A stretch of DNA of 64,000 nt, taken from positions 1,472,001 through 1,536,000 of the forward strand of contig OY970340.1 in the NCBI GenBank assembly GCA_963717465.1, given 5' to 3'. Each line of letters begins with the position of its first letter. Position 1 is the stretch's first letter. Below, piece by piece: positions 23,448 through 33,706 of this stretch. Both the position numbers and the translations under genes were made by a program. Source of the DNA: Candidatus Bathyarchaeota archaeon. Lineage in GTDB: Archaea > Thermoproteota > Bathyarchaeia > Bathyarchaeales > Bathycorpusculaceae. Under the pieces are notes generated by a model. That model was not told the origin of the DNA, did not search any database, and was given only the letters and a program-made list of their open reading frames with translations.

Positions 23448-23789
23448 CTATTTATTTTGTTGTTCACTTTTATCTGAATCTGCTTGCCTTTTCCAATTTT
23501 CAGATCTGTAGGTGTCAAGCATTTTGTTGTAATAGTCAATTTCTTCAAATGCTGGATAGCGAGTTAATTCATATTTTAGTTGGCATTTCTTGCATTCTAA
23601 AATGACCTTGTCACTTTTAATGTTAGTTGCAACCGTATCCTGCTTGCAACGCGGGCATTTTCTAAACGGCTTAGTTAAGAACTTTGGTCTGCCTGCTCCA
23701 TGTCGAATACCTCGACTTGAATTATTTTGTCTGGCATAGTTGTCTCTAGGCAAATCGTAACCTCTCATGTAACTTATCAGTATTGACAA
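23448..23789 (-). CDS. Elf1-like zinc-ribbon transcription elongation factor
   Basis: CPRC..CKKCQLKYE..PAFEEIDYYNKMLD resembles the archaeal Elf1 pattern; start uncertain. Confidence 0.55.
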   Translation of the reverse strand: MSILISYMRGYDLPRDNYARQNNSSRGIRHGAGRPKFLTKPFRKCPRCKQDTVATNIKSDKVILECKKCQLKYELTRYPAFEEIDYYNKMLDTYRSENWKRQADSDKSEQQNK

Positions 23790-24046
23790 TTAACCTTTTC
23801 TGAAAAATGATAAACCTAAAAGTCGTTCTAAACTGCTTCACCACATACAATATAAGGACATCCACGATACACGAATCCTTCCAGACTAAGACGATGAAAA
23901 CTATACCTTTTCAATTAACTGATTTTTCCGGATTCTCCAGAATTTTCCACATTTCCATGGTTTTTTATGGATTTTCAGAATTATTTACGGCGCGACTTTT
24001 ATTTCCGTCTTTCCCGTTTTTGCTTTTTTATGCCAAGTTTAGGCTT

Positions 24047-25339
24047 TCACTCCAACAAGCCTGAAAGATAAGTTGTTTTTGCCTCGTTGACTTCAAGTTT
24101 CACTGTTTTTCCAATTAAACTTTCTTTGCTTTTGATCACGATTGGTTTGTAGGCAAAGTTGCGTCCAATCCATGATCCTGGCACTTTTCCTTTTTCGTCA
24201 ACAAGTACTTCACCAACCCAGCCAACCCACTGCTTGTTATTCTCTGAAGATAATTGTTTGGCTAAATCTGACGCGATTTTGCTTCTGTGTTTAATCTCTG
24301 CTACATCAACTAAGCCATCACGCATTTTTGCTGCAGCAGTTTTCGGCCTGGCAAAAAACTTTGAGACATTAATAACATCAGGTTTTACATCACGCAAAAG
24401 CTTAAGCGTATTATCAAAAGCGTGCGATGTTTCTCCTGGAAAACCAACGATAACATCCGTTGCAAGTGTCAAATCATCAAAGCATTGCCTGAACGCATCC
24501 ACGATTGATTTGAACTCTTTTGCTGAGTAAAACCTGTGCATCCGCCTAAGAACTTCATCATTCCCACTTTGAACGGGCAAATGCAAAAACTTGAATACCT
24601 TTTCGTTTTTGAAAGCTTCAATTAGTTCACTCTGAATATCCAAAACCAAGTTTGGGGTCATCATTCCAACTCTAATCTTAAAATCACCATTCGCCTTGCC
24701 TAAAGCATGCAATAGTTCGGCCAAGTTTGTACCGATGTCTCTGCCGTAGCTTGCTGTATCCTGTGAAGTAATCCAAAACTCTCTTGCACCAGCAGCATAA
24801 TCGCTCTGCACTCGTGAGACAACATCTTCAATGCAATAACTCATCAGATGTCCTCTAGCAAAAACGACGCAGCAGTAAGCGCATGAACCTAAACAACCAT
24901 AATTTATTGGAACAACGCTGACAAGTGGATTTGCAGAAATTCTTGGCAAATCAAGCATCGGCTTTTCCTTAATCGCCTCAAGATCAAAGACACGTTTACC
25001 AGCTGAAACGTTCTCGACAACTTCAACGATCCTTTTTCCAACTGAGGTTCCAACTGCGGCGTCAAAGCGGGCTTCGCGGGAAAGGCGTTCAAAACTGATT
25101 TTTGGCAAGCACCCCGCAACGATAAGCTTCTTATTTTTTGGTACTCGTTTTAATGCTTGGATTATTCGGTTTTCGGTTGGTCCCTTAACAGCGCAAGTGT
25201 TGTAGATTAAAATTTCCGCTGATGACTCTGACTTTGCAATTGTGTATCCAGCTTTCGCTAAGCAGCCTGCGTAAACATCGCTGTCAGCCGTGTTTGCGGG
25301 ACAACCGAAGCTTCTGATATACACTTTTGTTTTGCTCAT
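24047..25339 (-). CDS. tRNA methylthiotransferase (archaeal MtaB/MiaB-like; radical SAM plus TRAM)
   Basis: FGCPAN..D, NTCAVK, GCLGSCAYC, HLPVQSG, DVIVGFPGET, TRAM domain. Confidence 0.9.
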   Translation of the reverse strand: MSKTKVYIRSFGCPANTADSDVYAGCLAKAGYTIAKSESSAEILIYNTCAVKGPTENRIIQALKRVPKNKKLIVAGCLPKISFERLSREARFDAAVGTSVGKRIVEVVENVSAGKRVFDLEAIKEKPMLDLPRISANPLVSVVPINYGCLGSCAYCCVVFARGHLMSYCIEDVVSRVQSDYAAGAREFWITSQDTASYGRDIGTNLAELLHALGKANGDFKIRVGMMTPNLVLDIQSELIEAFKNEKVFKFLHLPVQSGNDEVLRRMHRFYSAKEFKSIVDAFRQCFDDLTLATDVIVGFPGETSHAFDNTLKLLRDVKPDVINVSKFFARPKTAAAKMRDGLVDVAEIKHRSKIASDLAKQLSSENNKQWVGWVGEVLVDEKGKVPGSWIGRNFAYKPIVIKSKESLIGKTVKLEVNEAKTTYLSGLLE

Positions 25340-25482
25340 TTTGTGTTGCTAGATGCTTCACATTAAGAAATAAAAACATGGAGGTTGCTTGGTGCCTGAA
25401 TTGACAAGAACTTGTACGCTATCTCCTTAATGATTTATAAACATAAACACAAACATGTTTGCAGTATATTTGTAGCATAACA

Positions 25483-25515
25483 TATACAAGTATAACTGCC
25501 GAGTATACTTGTATA
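25483..25515. promoter_or_regulatory. 12-bp inverted repeat TATACAAGTATA-N9-TATACTTGTATA (likely RHH operator)
   Basis: Perfect arms about 20 nt upstream of the RHH gene start. Confidence 0.6.
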
Positions 25516-25534
25516 GCCATCGAGGAGAAGAGCC

Positions 25535-25690
25535 ATGAAACTCATCACACTTTATCTACCTGAAACTTACATAAAAGCTTTAGACCAGCTCGTAGACGAG
25601 AGATTCTACCCAAACAGGGCGGAAGCAATCAGAGTCGCAATTCGAGACTTAATTAGTGCAGAAGTCTGGAGGCGAAACGGCGTTGACTAG
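25535..25690 (+). CDS. Ribbon-helix-helix regulator, CdrS-like (not in ORF track)
   Basis: MKLITLYLPETYIKALDQLVDERFYPNRAEAIRVAIRDLI; GAGGAG upstream. Confidence 0.85.
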   Translation: MKLITLYLPETYIKALDQLVDERFYPNRAEAIRVAIRDLISAEVWRRNGVD

Positions 25691-25970
25691 ACATGTTCAT
25701 GACGAAACCTTGAAATCTCCCCTAAATGTCGATGACGTAAAAGTTGAAGTCGTACCAAAAATTTTAGACAACAGCCTAGCTATTGCGGGTGCACGACTTA
25801 TCCCTGAACCTGTTAGCGAATTAAATGCCCAAACAGTTAAACCTAAAGCAACCGCTAAAAAATCAAAGCTCGGCAGAGCATTATCACAGCTATACAATCT
25901 TGAAGTAGGCAATAAACCAGACAAAATATTAAATTTAGATTTAGACTTGTACCAAATGGAAAACTTTTAA
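25683..25970 (+). CDS. Hypothetical 95-aa protein overlapping the RHH gene end
   Basis: TTG start behind GGAGG overlaps the RHH stop region; T-rich terminator follows. Confidence 0.6.
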   Translation: MTRHVHDETLKSPLNVDDVKVEVVPKILDNSLAIAGARLIPEPVSELNAQTVKPKATAKKSKLGRALSQLYNLEVGNKPDKILNLDLDLYQMENF

Positions 25971-26058
25971 TCTCCATTTTTTAATTTTTTTTGCAAAGTA
26001 AACCTGACTTGTAGAATTTTAGAAAATATTATTATCAGGCAGCCAATCTTTAATTCGC

Positions 26059-26769
26059 ATGAACCAATTAATAGTGCAAATAAGAAAAGATTTGAAAGCT
26101 AACGTTGATGAGCAGACCAAAAAGAGTTGCCCGCGTTTCTTCAAAGAAGAAGTCACTTGTTATGGAGTTAAGACGCCGATGGTTGGAAAAATAGCGGGGA
26201 AATATTGGGGCCAAGTGGAGCTTTTGAGCAAGAAAGAGATTTTTGGCCTTTGTGAAATTTTGTTTGGTTCTGATTATATTGAGGAGGCGTTTGTGGTTTC
26301 GAAGTGGTTGCCGCGTATGGAGGGTCGATTTGAAATTGAAGATTTGGCGACTTTTAAAGTGTGGATTGAAAAGTACCTTAATAATTGGGCTAAGTGTGAC
26401 AGTTTTTGCAATCATACCCTCGCGGGTTTCGTCATGAAATATCCCCAACTCATCGGCGAAATTGTAGGCTGGTCTAAAAATTCTAATAGGTGGCTAAAGC
26501 GGGCATCTGCTGTGTCGCTTATTTTGCCTGCTAGAGCGGGGCATTTTTTGCCTGAAGCTTTTGAAATTTGTGATGTGCTCTTGCTTGACAATGATGATAT
26601 GGTGCAAAAGGGTTATGGTTGGCTGCTTAAAGAGGCAAGCAGACAACATACGCAGGAAGTTTTTGATTACGTTATGAAGAACCGGAGAGTTATGCCTAGA
26701 ACCGCACTGCGGTATGCAATTGAGTTAATGCCTAAAGAGCTTAGAGTTGAAGCAATGAAAAAAGACTAA
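26059..26769 (+). CDS. AlkD-like DNA alkylation repair protein
   Basis: YGVKTP, NNWAKCD, RWLKRAS, DMVQKGYGWLLKE, RTALRYAIE. Confidence 0.88.
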   Translation: MNQLIVQIRKDLKANVDEQTKKSCPRFFKEEVTCYGVKTPMVGKIAGKYWGQVELLSKKEIFGLCEILFGSDYIEEAFVVSKWLPRMEGRFEIEDLATFKVWIEKYLNNWAKCDSFCNHTLAGFVMKYPQLIGEIVGWSKNSNRWLKRASAVSLILPARAGHFLPEAFEICDVLLLDNDDMVQKGYGWLLKEASRQHTQEVFDYVMKNRRVMPRTALRYAIELMPKELRVEAMKKD

Positions 26770-26936
26770 TAAAATCACGTACCATATTGCATGGAGAAAA
26801 CGTTTTTCTGTTTTAGGGTTTTGTATTTTTGTGTGGATGTGATTATTTTTTTAGGCATTTGGAGGGTTTGATTGATTATTTTTTAAGTGCGCTAGTTTAT
26901 ATTTGATTAAGTCTATAAGTTTTTGTGGAGATTTGT

Positions 26937-27389
26937 ATGGCAAAGGCGTTAGTTGTTTATTCTAGCATGTTTGGAAATACTGAAAAGGTTGCTAAGGCTT
27001 TAGCAGCAGGCTTAGAAAAAGGAAGCGTTAATGTTGAGGTTGTCAAAGCAAGCGATGTTAAACTTGATCAACTGGATAAAGTTGATTTGTTATGTGTTGG
27101 TTCTCCTGTGAATGCTTGGGGCATGTCAAGTTCAGTGAAGGATTTTCTGGGGCACTTAGCAGTCGTAAAAGGTCTTAGCGGCAAGAAAGCTTTCGCGTTT
27201 GACACTAAATTGAAGGGTAGATTGGCTGGAACTGCTGGAGGAAAAATCGAGAAGAAATTGACGAAGCTCGGCTTGACTGTCGTTAGGCACAGTGAATCGG
27301 CTGTTGTTAAAGGTAGAGAAGGGCCGCTTGAAGAAGGTGCAGAAGCGAGGTTTACGCAAATAGGGGTAGAACTTGCTAAAATGATCTAG
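26937..27389 (+). CDS. Flavodoxin family protein
   Basis: VVYSSMFGNTEKVA, VGSPV, AFAFDT. Confidence 0.88.
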   Translation: MAKALVVYSSMFGNTEKVAKALAAGLEKGSVNVEVVKASDVKLDQLDKVDLLCVGSPVNAWGMSSSVKDFLGHLAVVKGLSGKKAFAFDTKLKGRLAGTAGGKIEKKLTKLGLTVVRHSESAVVKGREGPLEEGAEARFTQIGVELAKMI

Positions 27390-27545
27390 TTTCCTCTTGA
27401 ATTAAACCCAGCGATTAGGACTGTTGAGAAGGCATAGCGTCAGCATTCTTTGGTTGGCTGTGCTATAATATTGTGTTTAAGCAGTCACATAATGATAAAT
27501 AGAGATTTTTTCATTTCGCGTTAACAATCGATTGATGTAAAGGTA

Positions 27546-27728
27546 ATGATTACATGCCCAAGGTGTTCTTCATCTGCAAAACCCACGGGCAAAGAAAGGG
27601 ATACAGCGCCTTCCACGTTAAGCAATATATATGTTTTAGGGTGCGATAAGAAATTCCTGGAGTATTATAAAAATGGTAAACTCAGCCATACGATCCTTGC
27701 ACCTAAACCGCCCAAACCTAGTTGTTAA
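27546..27728 (+). CDS. Small zinc-ribbon protein, probably frameshifted or degenerate
   Basis: MITCPRC..., later GCDKKFLEYYKNGKLSHTI. Confidence 0.45.
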   Translation: MITCPRCSSSAKPTGKERDTAPSTLSNIYVLGCDKKFLEYYKNGKLSHTILAPKPPKPSC

Positions 27729-27746
27729 AAGCCTTGAGGCTTTAAC

Positions 27747-28742
27747 ATGAAAAGTATGTGGATGGTTAGAGCGGGAGAAGATGCTTTTCTTATCGATGAT
27801 TTTAGAAGAAAAAATTATGTTTCGATTGGTTGGAATGATCTCTCAGACCTTCAAAATGTGCCAAGTAGAGAAGCAATTAAAACTTTGGTGCAAAAGCATA
27901 GTCAGGATTATAGCTATACTAAGAAAAACCAAATCAACATTGCCACTAGTCAAATAAGCAGATTTCTGTTTGATTTCAAAAAAGGGGATTACGTTCTCTC
28001 TTATGATCCTACCAACAGAGTGTATCTTGTAGGAGAAATACAATCCGACTATGAGTACAACGAAAAAATAAGCGAGTACCACAATGTGAGAAGAGTTAAG
28101 TGGTTAGGGGAAGTGAGCCGAGACAAACTTTCAACTTCTACTCGAAACACTCTCGGTGCCATATCCACGATATTCCAAATCAACGAAACCGCGGCCAGAG
28201 AAATCATTGAAATTCTAGAGGGCAAAGAAAAAGCGCCTGAAGAAGTTGTCGAAGAGGAAGAGGCAGAAGAAGAAAGCCTCAAGGAAGATATGGTATCGAG
28301 AGCTAACGAACTAATTAAAGACAAAATAATGAAGCTTGATTGGGATGACCTGCAAAAACTTATAGCAGGAATACTGAGAGCTATGGGGTATAAAACGATA
28401 ATTTCTGAGGGCGGTCCTGATCGTGGAAAAGATATCGAGGCATCTCCGGACGGGTTGATGCTGACAGAGCCACGTATACTTGTGGAGGTAAAACATCGCT
28501 CTGGGCAAATGGGTGCAAAAGAAGTACGTAGCTTCAACTCAGTGCTAAGGCAACAAAAGGGATTATACGTTTCAACTGGAGGCTTTTCCAAAGAAGCTAA
28601 ATATGAAGCTGAACGAGGAGAAAAACAAATGACTCTTGTAGACACTGATCGGTTAGTACAACTTATCATCCAAAACTACGATAATTTCGACGTGGATACC
28701 AAATTGCTTGTTCCATTATCGAAAATCTACTGGCCCGCTTAG
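27747..28742 (+). CDS. mrr: Mrr-family (type IV) restriction endonuclease
   Basis: MWMVRAGE..SIGW N-terminal domain; LRAMGY, GPDRGKDI, VEVKHR, YVSTGGFS nuclease domain. Confidence 0.85.
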   Translation: MKSMWMVRAGEDAFLIDDFRRKNYVSIGWNDLSDLQNVPSREAIKTLVQKHSQDYSYTKKNQINIATSQISRFLFDFKKGDYVLSYDPTNRVYLVGEIQSDYEYNEKISEYHNVRRVKWLGEVSRDKLSTSTRNTLGAISTIFQINETAAREIIEILEGKEKAPEEVVEEEEAEEESLKEDMVSRANELIKDKIMKLDWDDLQKLIAGILRAMGYKTIISEGGPDRGKDIEASPDGLMLTEPRILVEVKHRSGQMGAKEVRSFNSVLRQQKGLYVSTGGFSKEAKYEAERGEKQMTLVDTDRLVQLIIQNYDNFDVDTKLLVPLSKIYWPA

Positions 28743-29691
28743 CTTGAATCCGAAACCGCAAACAACGCCCAGAACGTTTCTATTTCGAATGACGGAAGAA
28801 CCGACCACGGGTGAAGAGATACCATCTTCAAAACCCTCTGCATTGCCCATTTCGATGACTTCTTTTTTCAGATCGTCAAATGAACCTATTTCAGTTGCTA
28901 ACGGTATTATCCAACCTTTTCCCAAGCGCCTCATTGTATACATTTAACGGAGCCCAAAAAATGGGAAAAAGTTGCTTTTCAGTATATAAAAGTTTACGTT
29001 GGCGATTGAATCTCATCGGATTAGCTCCATCCAATAAATGTTTTAAAAGGGAGAAAGTAGCTGCGTAGAATTAGGAGAATTGGAGTGTCGCCAGTCTGTT
29101 GAGGGTTCGAATCCTCCTCCTGCTCTATCATGGAAAAACATATAGCGAGTTATCTCTAATCTCTAAAATTTATTGCAGATAATTTTAAGTTGAATTAAGA
29201 AAGAAATGGTATTAATGTGAATCTGCTTTGGAGTAATACCGTTCCCCGCCTTTCTCGGCAGCCCTCAAGTTGCCTATTGCATACTGCGCTTGAATAACAG
29301 CTTCGACATACGCATATCCAATATCATGTTTGCAGGTCTGTCGTAATTTGTTTCTAATCGGGGTCTATGAATGGAATTTTCTAGAATCAGCTTACTTATT
29401 TCTTGGTAAGAATAAAATTTGCAATTCTGCATTTTATTTAGGAAGTGTTTGCATCCTAAATCAAATACTCTGTCCATGTCTGATTCTTCAAGTGGCATAA
29501 GTTATCCCTGTTACCATAATTATTCGGTTTATGTAACAATCTTACAAAAAAAGGTTGGGCGGATGATATCTCCAACTTAAAGGCTTCAAATCCCCCAGCA
29601 CCAAATATACATACGCATACAGGGGGACTCACTGGGCATGAAATCAAACAGTTTAGCGGTTGTGCAAACGTGTCGATTCATAACGTTTATC

Positions 29692-29705
29692 TGTGCACGT
29701 GTACA
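29692..29705. promoter_or_regulatory. Near-palindrome TGTGCACGTGTACA (candidate TA operator)
   Basis: One mismatch; directly upstream of vapB. Confidence 0.4.
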
Positions 29706-29716
29706 CATACATAGTT

Positions 29717-29956
29717 ATGGGCACCAAAACTATCTCCATAAAAGACGAAGCCTACGAAGCATTATTACGCGAAAAAATTGAAAAAGAAAGCTTCACTGAC
29801 ACTATTTTGCGTTTAACCAAGAAATCAGGCAAGATTGCTGACTGTTTTGGAACTTGGAAAATGACTGATGAAGAAGAGAAAGCCATTTGGGTCGAACTCT
29901 CTAAGGGATGGCATCTGGTTCAAGAGCGAATCTCGAATGAAATGTCTCGACAGTGA
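29717..29956 (+). CDS. vapB: VapB-type antitoxin (archaeal)
   Basis: MGTKTISIKDEAYEAL..K..ESFTDTILRL; overlaps the PIN gene. Confidence 0.85.
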   Translation: MGTKTISIKDEAYEALLREKIEKESFTDTILRLTKKSGKIADCFGTWKMTDEEEKAIWVELSKGWHLVQERISNEMSRQ

Positions 29957-30329
29957 CTTACTAGTCGCAATTCTTCGAGGTAAGCAAGATGCCCGCGCTG
30001 TAGTTGAGGAATTGGACCAAAAAGCAAAAGGCGCCACAACGTCGGTAAATGCTTTCGAAGTCTACTTTGGAGCAAACAAGTCGGATAGAATAAAAGAAAA
30101 CACAAAAGAGGCTGCGAAACTGCTTGAAAGGTTGATAGTTTTTCCATTAGATCTCGCTTCTTCCCGAAGGGCAGCAGAAATATCAGCGAAACTCGTAGCA
30201 AAGGGCGAAACAATTGATTACAGAGACGCAATGATAGCTGCAATAGCGATGGAGAACGGTTTAACAATAGTCACCAGAAATCACATGCACTTTAGGAGAA
30301 TAAAAGGTCTTCAAATCAAAGTCTGGTAG
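29937..30329 (+). CDS. vapC: VapC PIN-domain toxin
   Basis: LDSDLLV, FEVYFG, DAMIAAIA, VTRN..HF. Confidence 0.9.
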   Translation: MKCLDSDLLVAILRGKQDARAVVEELDQKAKGATTSVNAFEVYFGANKSDRIKENTKEAAKLLERLIVFPLDLASSRRAAEISAKLVAKGETIDYRDAMIAAIAMENGLTIVTRNHMHFRRIKGLQIKVW

Positions 30330-30370
30330 ACTTTTGTGTTTGAAAACTTATTTATTTTTTAAAGATAAGA

Positions 30371-32902
30371 TTATTGCTTTGAATTACCTGCTGATTTAGA
30401 ATCAACTGCAGTTGTGGGGACTTCAGATTTAGGCTCAGCCGCAATTGTTTTATCTTTAAGCATGTTGTCCAAGAATGGTTTTAGTTTAGTGTTTTCTGCT
30501 TGTATCTTTTCTTTGCCGAGTGTTTTCATGTTGCCGTCCATTTCTTTGATTAATTCAGCGAACCTTACTCCTTCAGAAGCTGAAATGTATTCAACTCGGA
30601 ACCTTTCAGAACTCAATCCCAGCTTAGTCAACACATTCTGTAGTGTGTCTGTTCGTGCCTTCATCTCCACATTCCCACTTATATAATGGCAATCGTATGG
30701 AAGATGGCATGCTCCAATCAAAACCATGCCTGCGCCCAATCGGTAAGCTTCCAAAACAAAATTACGAGCAACTCTTCCAGAGCACATTACACGGATTACT
30801 CTTACGCTTGGCGAGTACTCAAATCTGCTTGTTCCAGCCAAGTCTGCCCCTGCATAACTGCACCAGTTACACAGGAAAGCCAAAATTTTTCCTTCAGGTT
30901 TTTCCTCAAGTGCAGCTCGAATCTGAGCCATAATCTGGGCGTCAGTGAAATGCATTTGAGTTATGGCATCACTTGGGCATTCTGCAACGCATGTTCCGCA
31001 CCCATGGCAGTTTGCAGTGGTAACTGTGGCTGCCTCGTTTTCTTTTATGGTTATGGCTTTGTATGGACATTTTTCAGCGCAAATGCCGCACTTAGCTTTT
31101 ACGTTTTTGCATTTTGTTGGGTCTACAATTGATATGAGAGGTTCAATTTTCCACGTGGGCTTCATGAGCACTGTTGCTGCCCGTGCTGCTGCGCCGCTTC
31201 CTTGCGTGACGCTTGCTGGGATATCTTTAAGTCCTTGGCAGGCTCCTGCGAAGAAAATGCCATCAGAAGCAGCGTCCATCGGCTTAAGTTTCGGGTGGCT
31301 TTCCATGAAAAACCCGTCCTGGCCTCTTGTCAAGTTAAGTATGCGAGCAACGTTTTCCGTGCCTTCTTTAGGTATCGCAGCTGTGGCTAAAACTACCATG
31401 TCAACTTCGACGTTAACCATTTTTCCAAGAACCAAATCCACCGCATTTATCGACAGGTTGTTAGTTTTTGGGTCTTCCTCAATTTCAGTCGGTACACCCT
31501 TGATGAAATTCACCCATAAATTTCTGGCTCGAGTGTAGAAATCCTCGTATCCTTTTCCTGGACTGCGAATGTCAATGTAAAAAACATAGACTTCTATGTC
31601 TTGCTTGTACTTCTCTTTAAGCTGAATCGCATGCTTTAGACTGTACATGCAGCAAAAATTGGAGCAATATGAGTATTTTCTGATGTCTCTGGATCCGACG
31701 CATTGAATGAACGCTATGCGGTCAGGTTTTTTTCCATCCGATTGCCTGATAACTTTGCCGCCTGTTGGTCCAGCAGCCAATATTAGTCTTTCAAACTCAA
31801 GCGACGTAATTACATTGGGGTATTTGCCGTAACCAAGCTGTGGCTTATCAAGCGGAAAATACACGTCATATCCAGTCGAGACTATTATCGCGCCAACATC
31901 AAACTCGACATCCTCAGGCTTCTGCTCAAAGTCAATCGCATCCCGCGAACCACAGACGTCGACGCATTTTGAACATTCGATACAGTAATCGCGATTAATC
32001 GTGTAAACAAGAGGCACCGCCTGGTCACAGGGCACCGAAATTGCTTTTCGGACTCCAAGATTCATATCCCACGGGTTCGGGTACTCAATTGGGCAGGTAT
32101 CTCTGCATTCTCCGCATCCAGTGCAGTTCTGCGCGATAACGTAACGAGGATTTTTGCGAACCTTCACATGAAAGTTGCCGATGAATCCTGACACGCCAAC
32201 TAAATCTGCAAAAGAAATAATTTGGATGTTAGGGTGACGACCAACATCAACCATTTTTGGTCCTTCAATACAAATGCTGCAGTCAAGCGTTGGAAACGTC
32301 TTGTCCAGTTGAGCCATGTGTCCGCCGATGCTTTCGCTTTTTTCAACAAGGTACACTTTGATGCCCATTTCTGCTAAATCTAAAGCAGCGCTTATTCCAG
32401 CAATTCCACCGCCAAGCACCATTGCCTTGTTCGTAACTGGAACTTCAATTCTTGTTAACGGTTGAAGCAATCGGGCTTTTGCAACCGCCATCTTTATTAT
32501 ATCTTTAGATTTTTCCATGGCTTCTTCAGGCTGTCCAGAATGAGGCCACGAAGAAAACTCGCGGATGTTCGCTATCTCAAGCAGGAACGGGTTTAATCCA
32601 GCCTCGGAAATTGTTCTCCTAAAAGTCTGCTCATGCATTCTTGGGGAGCAGGCAGCCACTACAACACGGTTAAGCTTGCTTTCTTTGATTGCTTTGCGTA
32701 TTATTTCTTGTCCAGGATCAGCGCATAAGTACCGGTTTTCTTTAGCAACGACGACATCCGGCAACGTTTTTGAGAATTTCACAAGAGCCTTTATGTCCAA
32801 TGTTCCAGCAATGTTCAATCCACAATGACAAATGAAAATGCCTATCCGTGGTTTTCCTATCTTTTGCTCAGGCGCTACATCAATTTCCGACGCGAGATTC
32901 AC
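30371..32902 (-). CDS. hdrA: HdrA-MvhD fusion, all-cysteine copy
   Basis: [31 protein letters not shown], ferredoxin inserts, C-terminal MvhD (CNWCSYAGADLAG, RVMCSGR, CH...CHY). Confidence 0.93.
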   Translation of the reverse strand: MNLASEIDVAPEQKIGKPRIGIFICHCGLNIAGTLDIKALVKFSKTLPDVVVAKENRYLCADPGQEIIRKAIKESKLNRVVVAACSPRMHEQTFRRTISEAGLNPFLLEIANIREFSSWPHSGQPEEAMEKSKDIIKMAVAKARLLQPLTRIEVPVTNKAMVLGGGIAGISAALDLAEMGIKVYLVEKSESIGGHMAQLDKTFPTLDCSICIEGPKMVDVGRHPNIQIISFADLVGVSGFIGNFHVKVRKNPRYVIAQNCTGCGECRDTCPIEYPNPWDMNLGVRKAISVPCDQAVPLVYTINRDYCIECSKCVDVCGSRDAIDFEQKPEDVEFDVGAIIVSTGYDVYFPLDKPQLGYGKYPNVITSLEFERLILAAGPTGGKVIRQSDGKKPDRIAFIQCVGSRDIRKYSYCSNFCCMYSLKHAIQLKEKYKQDIEVYVFYIDIRSPGKGYEDFYTRARNLWVNFIKGVPTEIEEDPKTNNLSINAVDLVLGKMVNVEVDMVVLATAAIPKEGTENVARILNLTRGQDGFFMESHPKLKPMDAASDGIFFAGACQGLKDIPASVTQGSGAAARAATVLMKPTWKIEPLISIVDPTKCKNVKAKCGICAEKCPYKAITIKENEAATVTTANCHGCGTCVAECPSDAITQMHFTDAQIMAQIRAALEEKPEGKILAFLCNWCSYAGADLAGTSRFEYSPSVRVIRVMCSGRVARNFVLEAYRLGAGMVLIGACHLPYDCHYISGNVEMKARTDTLQNVLTKLGLSSERFRVEYISASEGVRFAELIKEMDGNMKTLGKEKIQAENTKLKPFLDNMLKDKTIAAEPKSEVPTTAVDSKSAGNSKQ

Positions 32903-33157
32903 CTCTTATGGGGTATTATGCGTAAATTTAACAAAAAGGATGTTCCCAACCCAATATATATTGATTTATTGCGCCAATCATGCAAATGAGCGGATAAGAT
33001 TAGAATTTGTAATTTTCCCGTAAAGTTTTTGACTTAAAGGGCTAAAGCATGGAAAAATTATCAAAGTGAAGACTAAAATATTTATGTAGCGGAGCATCGA
33101 GGATAAACATTGATTTGCTTGTTATATGATATGCTTTCAAGTTAAGAAGGAAAATCC

Positions 33158-33706
33158 ATGACTCAAGCACCTGTACCAAATAATAAAGAGCCCATAAAAT
33201 CTTCTGAGATGGACCCGAATTTTAAGCGTGAACTCATGAAAATGCATGGGAGCGAAAAAATTCTCAGATGTTACCAGTGTGGAACTTGCACTTCTGATTG
33301 CCCTGTAGCACGCTATAGTGATTCTTACAGGCCGCGAACATTAATTCATATGGCTAAATTAGGCCTAAAAGACCGAGTTTTAAAGAGTGACACTTTATGG
33401 TTATGCGCTGCTTGCTTTACATGCACTGACCGTTGTCCACAAGGTGTTGAAGTAGCAAATGTCATTCGGGTACTGCGCAATTTAGCCGTTGAAAACGGAT
33501 GCGTCCCCGATGTTTTCAAGGAGCAAACCGCAAGCCTACTTGATTCAGGGTACGCTTACAAAATTCCAGAGTTAAGAATCAAAAAACGTGAAACAACAGG
33601 GTTGCCACCCTTGCCAAAAGGAAACGCGGAAAACTTGCGTAAAGTGCTCAAAGGCGTTAAATTTATAGATAACATTCAAAAACCGGTGGAGTCACATGGT
33701 CAATAA
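33158..33706 (+). CDS. hdrC: Heterodisulfide reductase subunit C
   Basis: CYQCGTCTSDCP and LWLCAACFTCTDRCPQ. Confidence 0.92.
   Translation: MTQAPVPNNKEPIKSSEMDPNFKRELMKMHGSEKILRCYQCGTCTSDCPVARYSDSYRPRTLIHMAKLGLKDRVLKSDTLWLCAACFTCTDRCPQGVEVANVIRVLRNLAVENGCVPDVFKEQTASLLDSGYAYKIPELRIKKRETTGLPPLPKGNAENLRKVLKGVKFIDNIQKPVESHGQ

Noticed and set aside
29040..29130. Possible tRNA or tRNA-Sec
   Set aside because: Only a T-arm-like motif is present; no acceptor, D or anticodon arm and no UCA anticodon loop.
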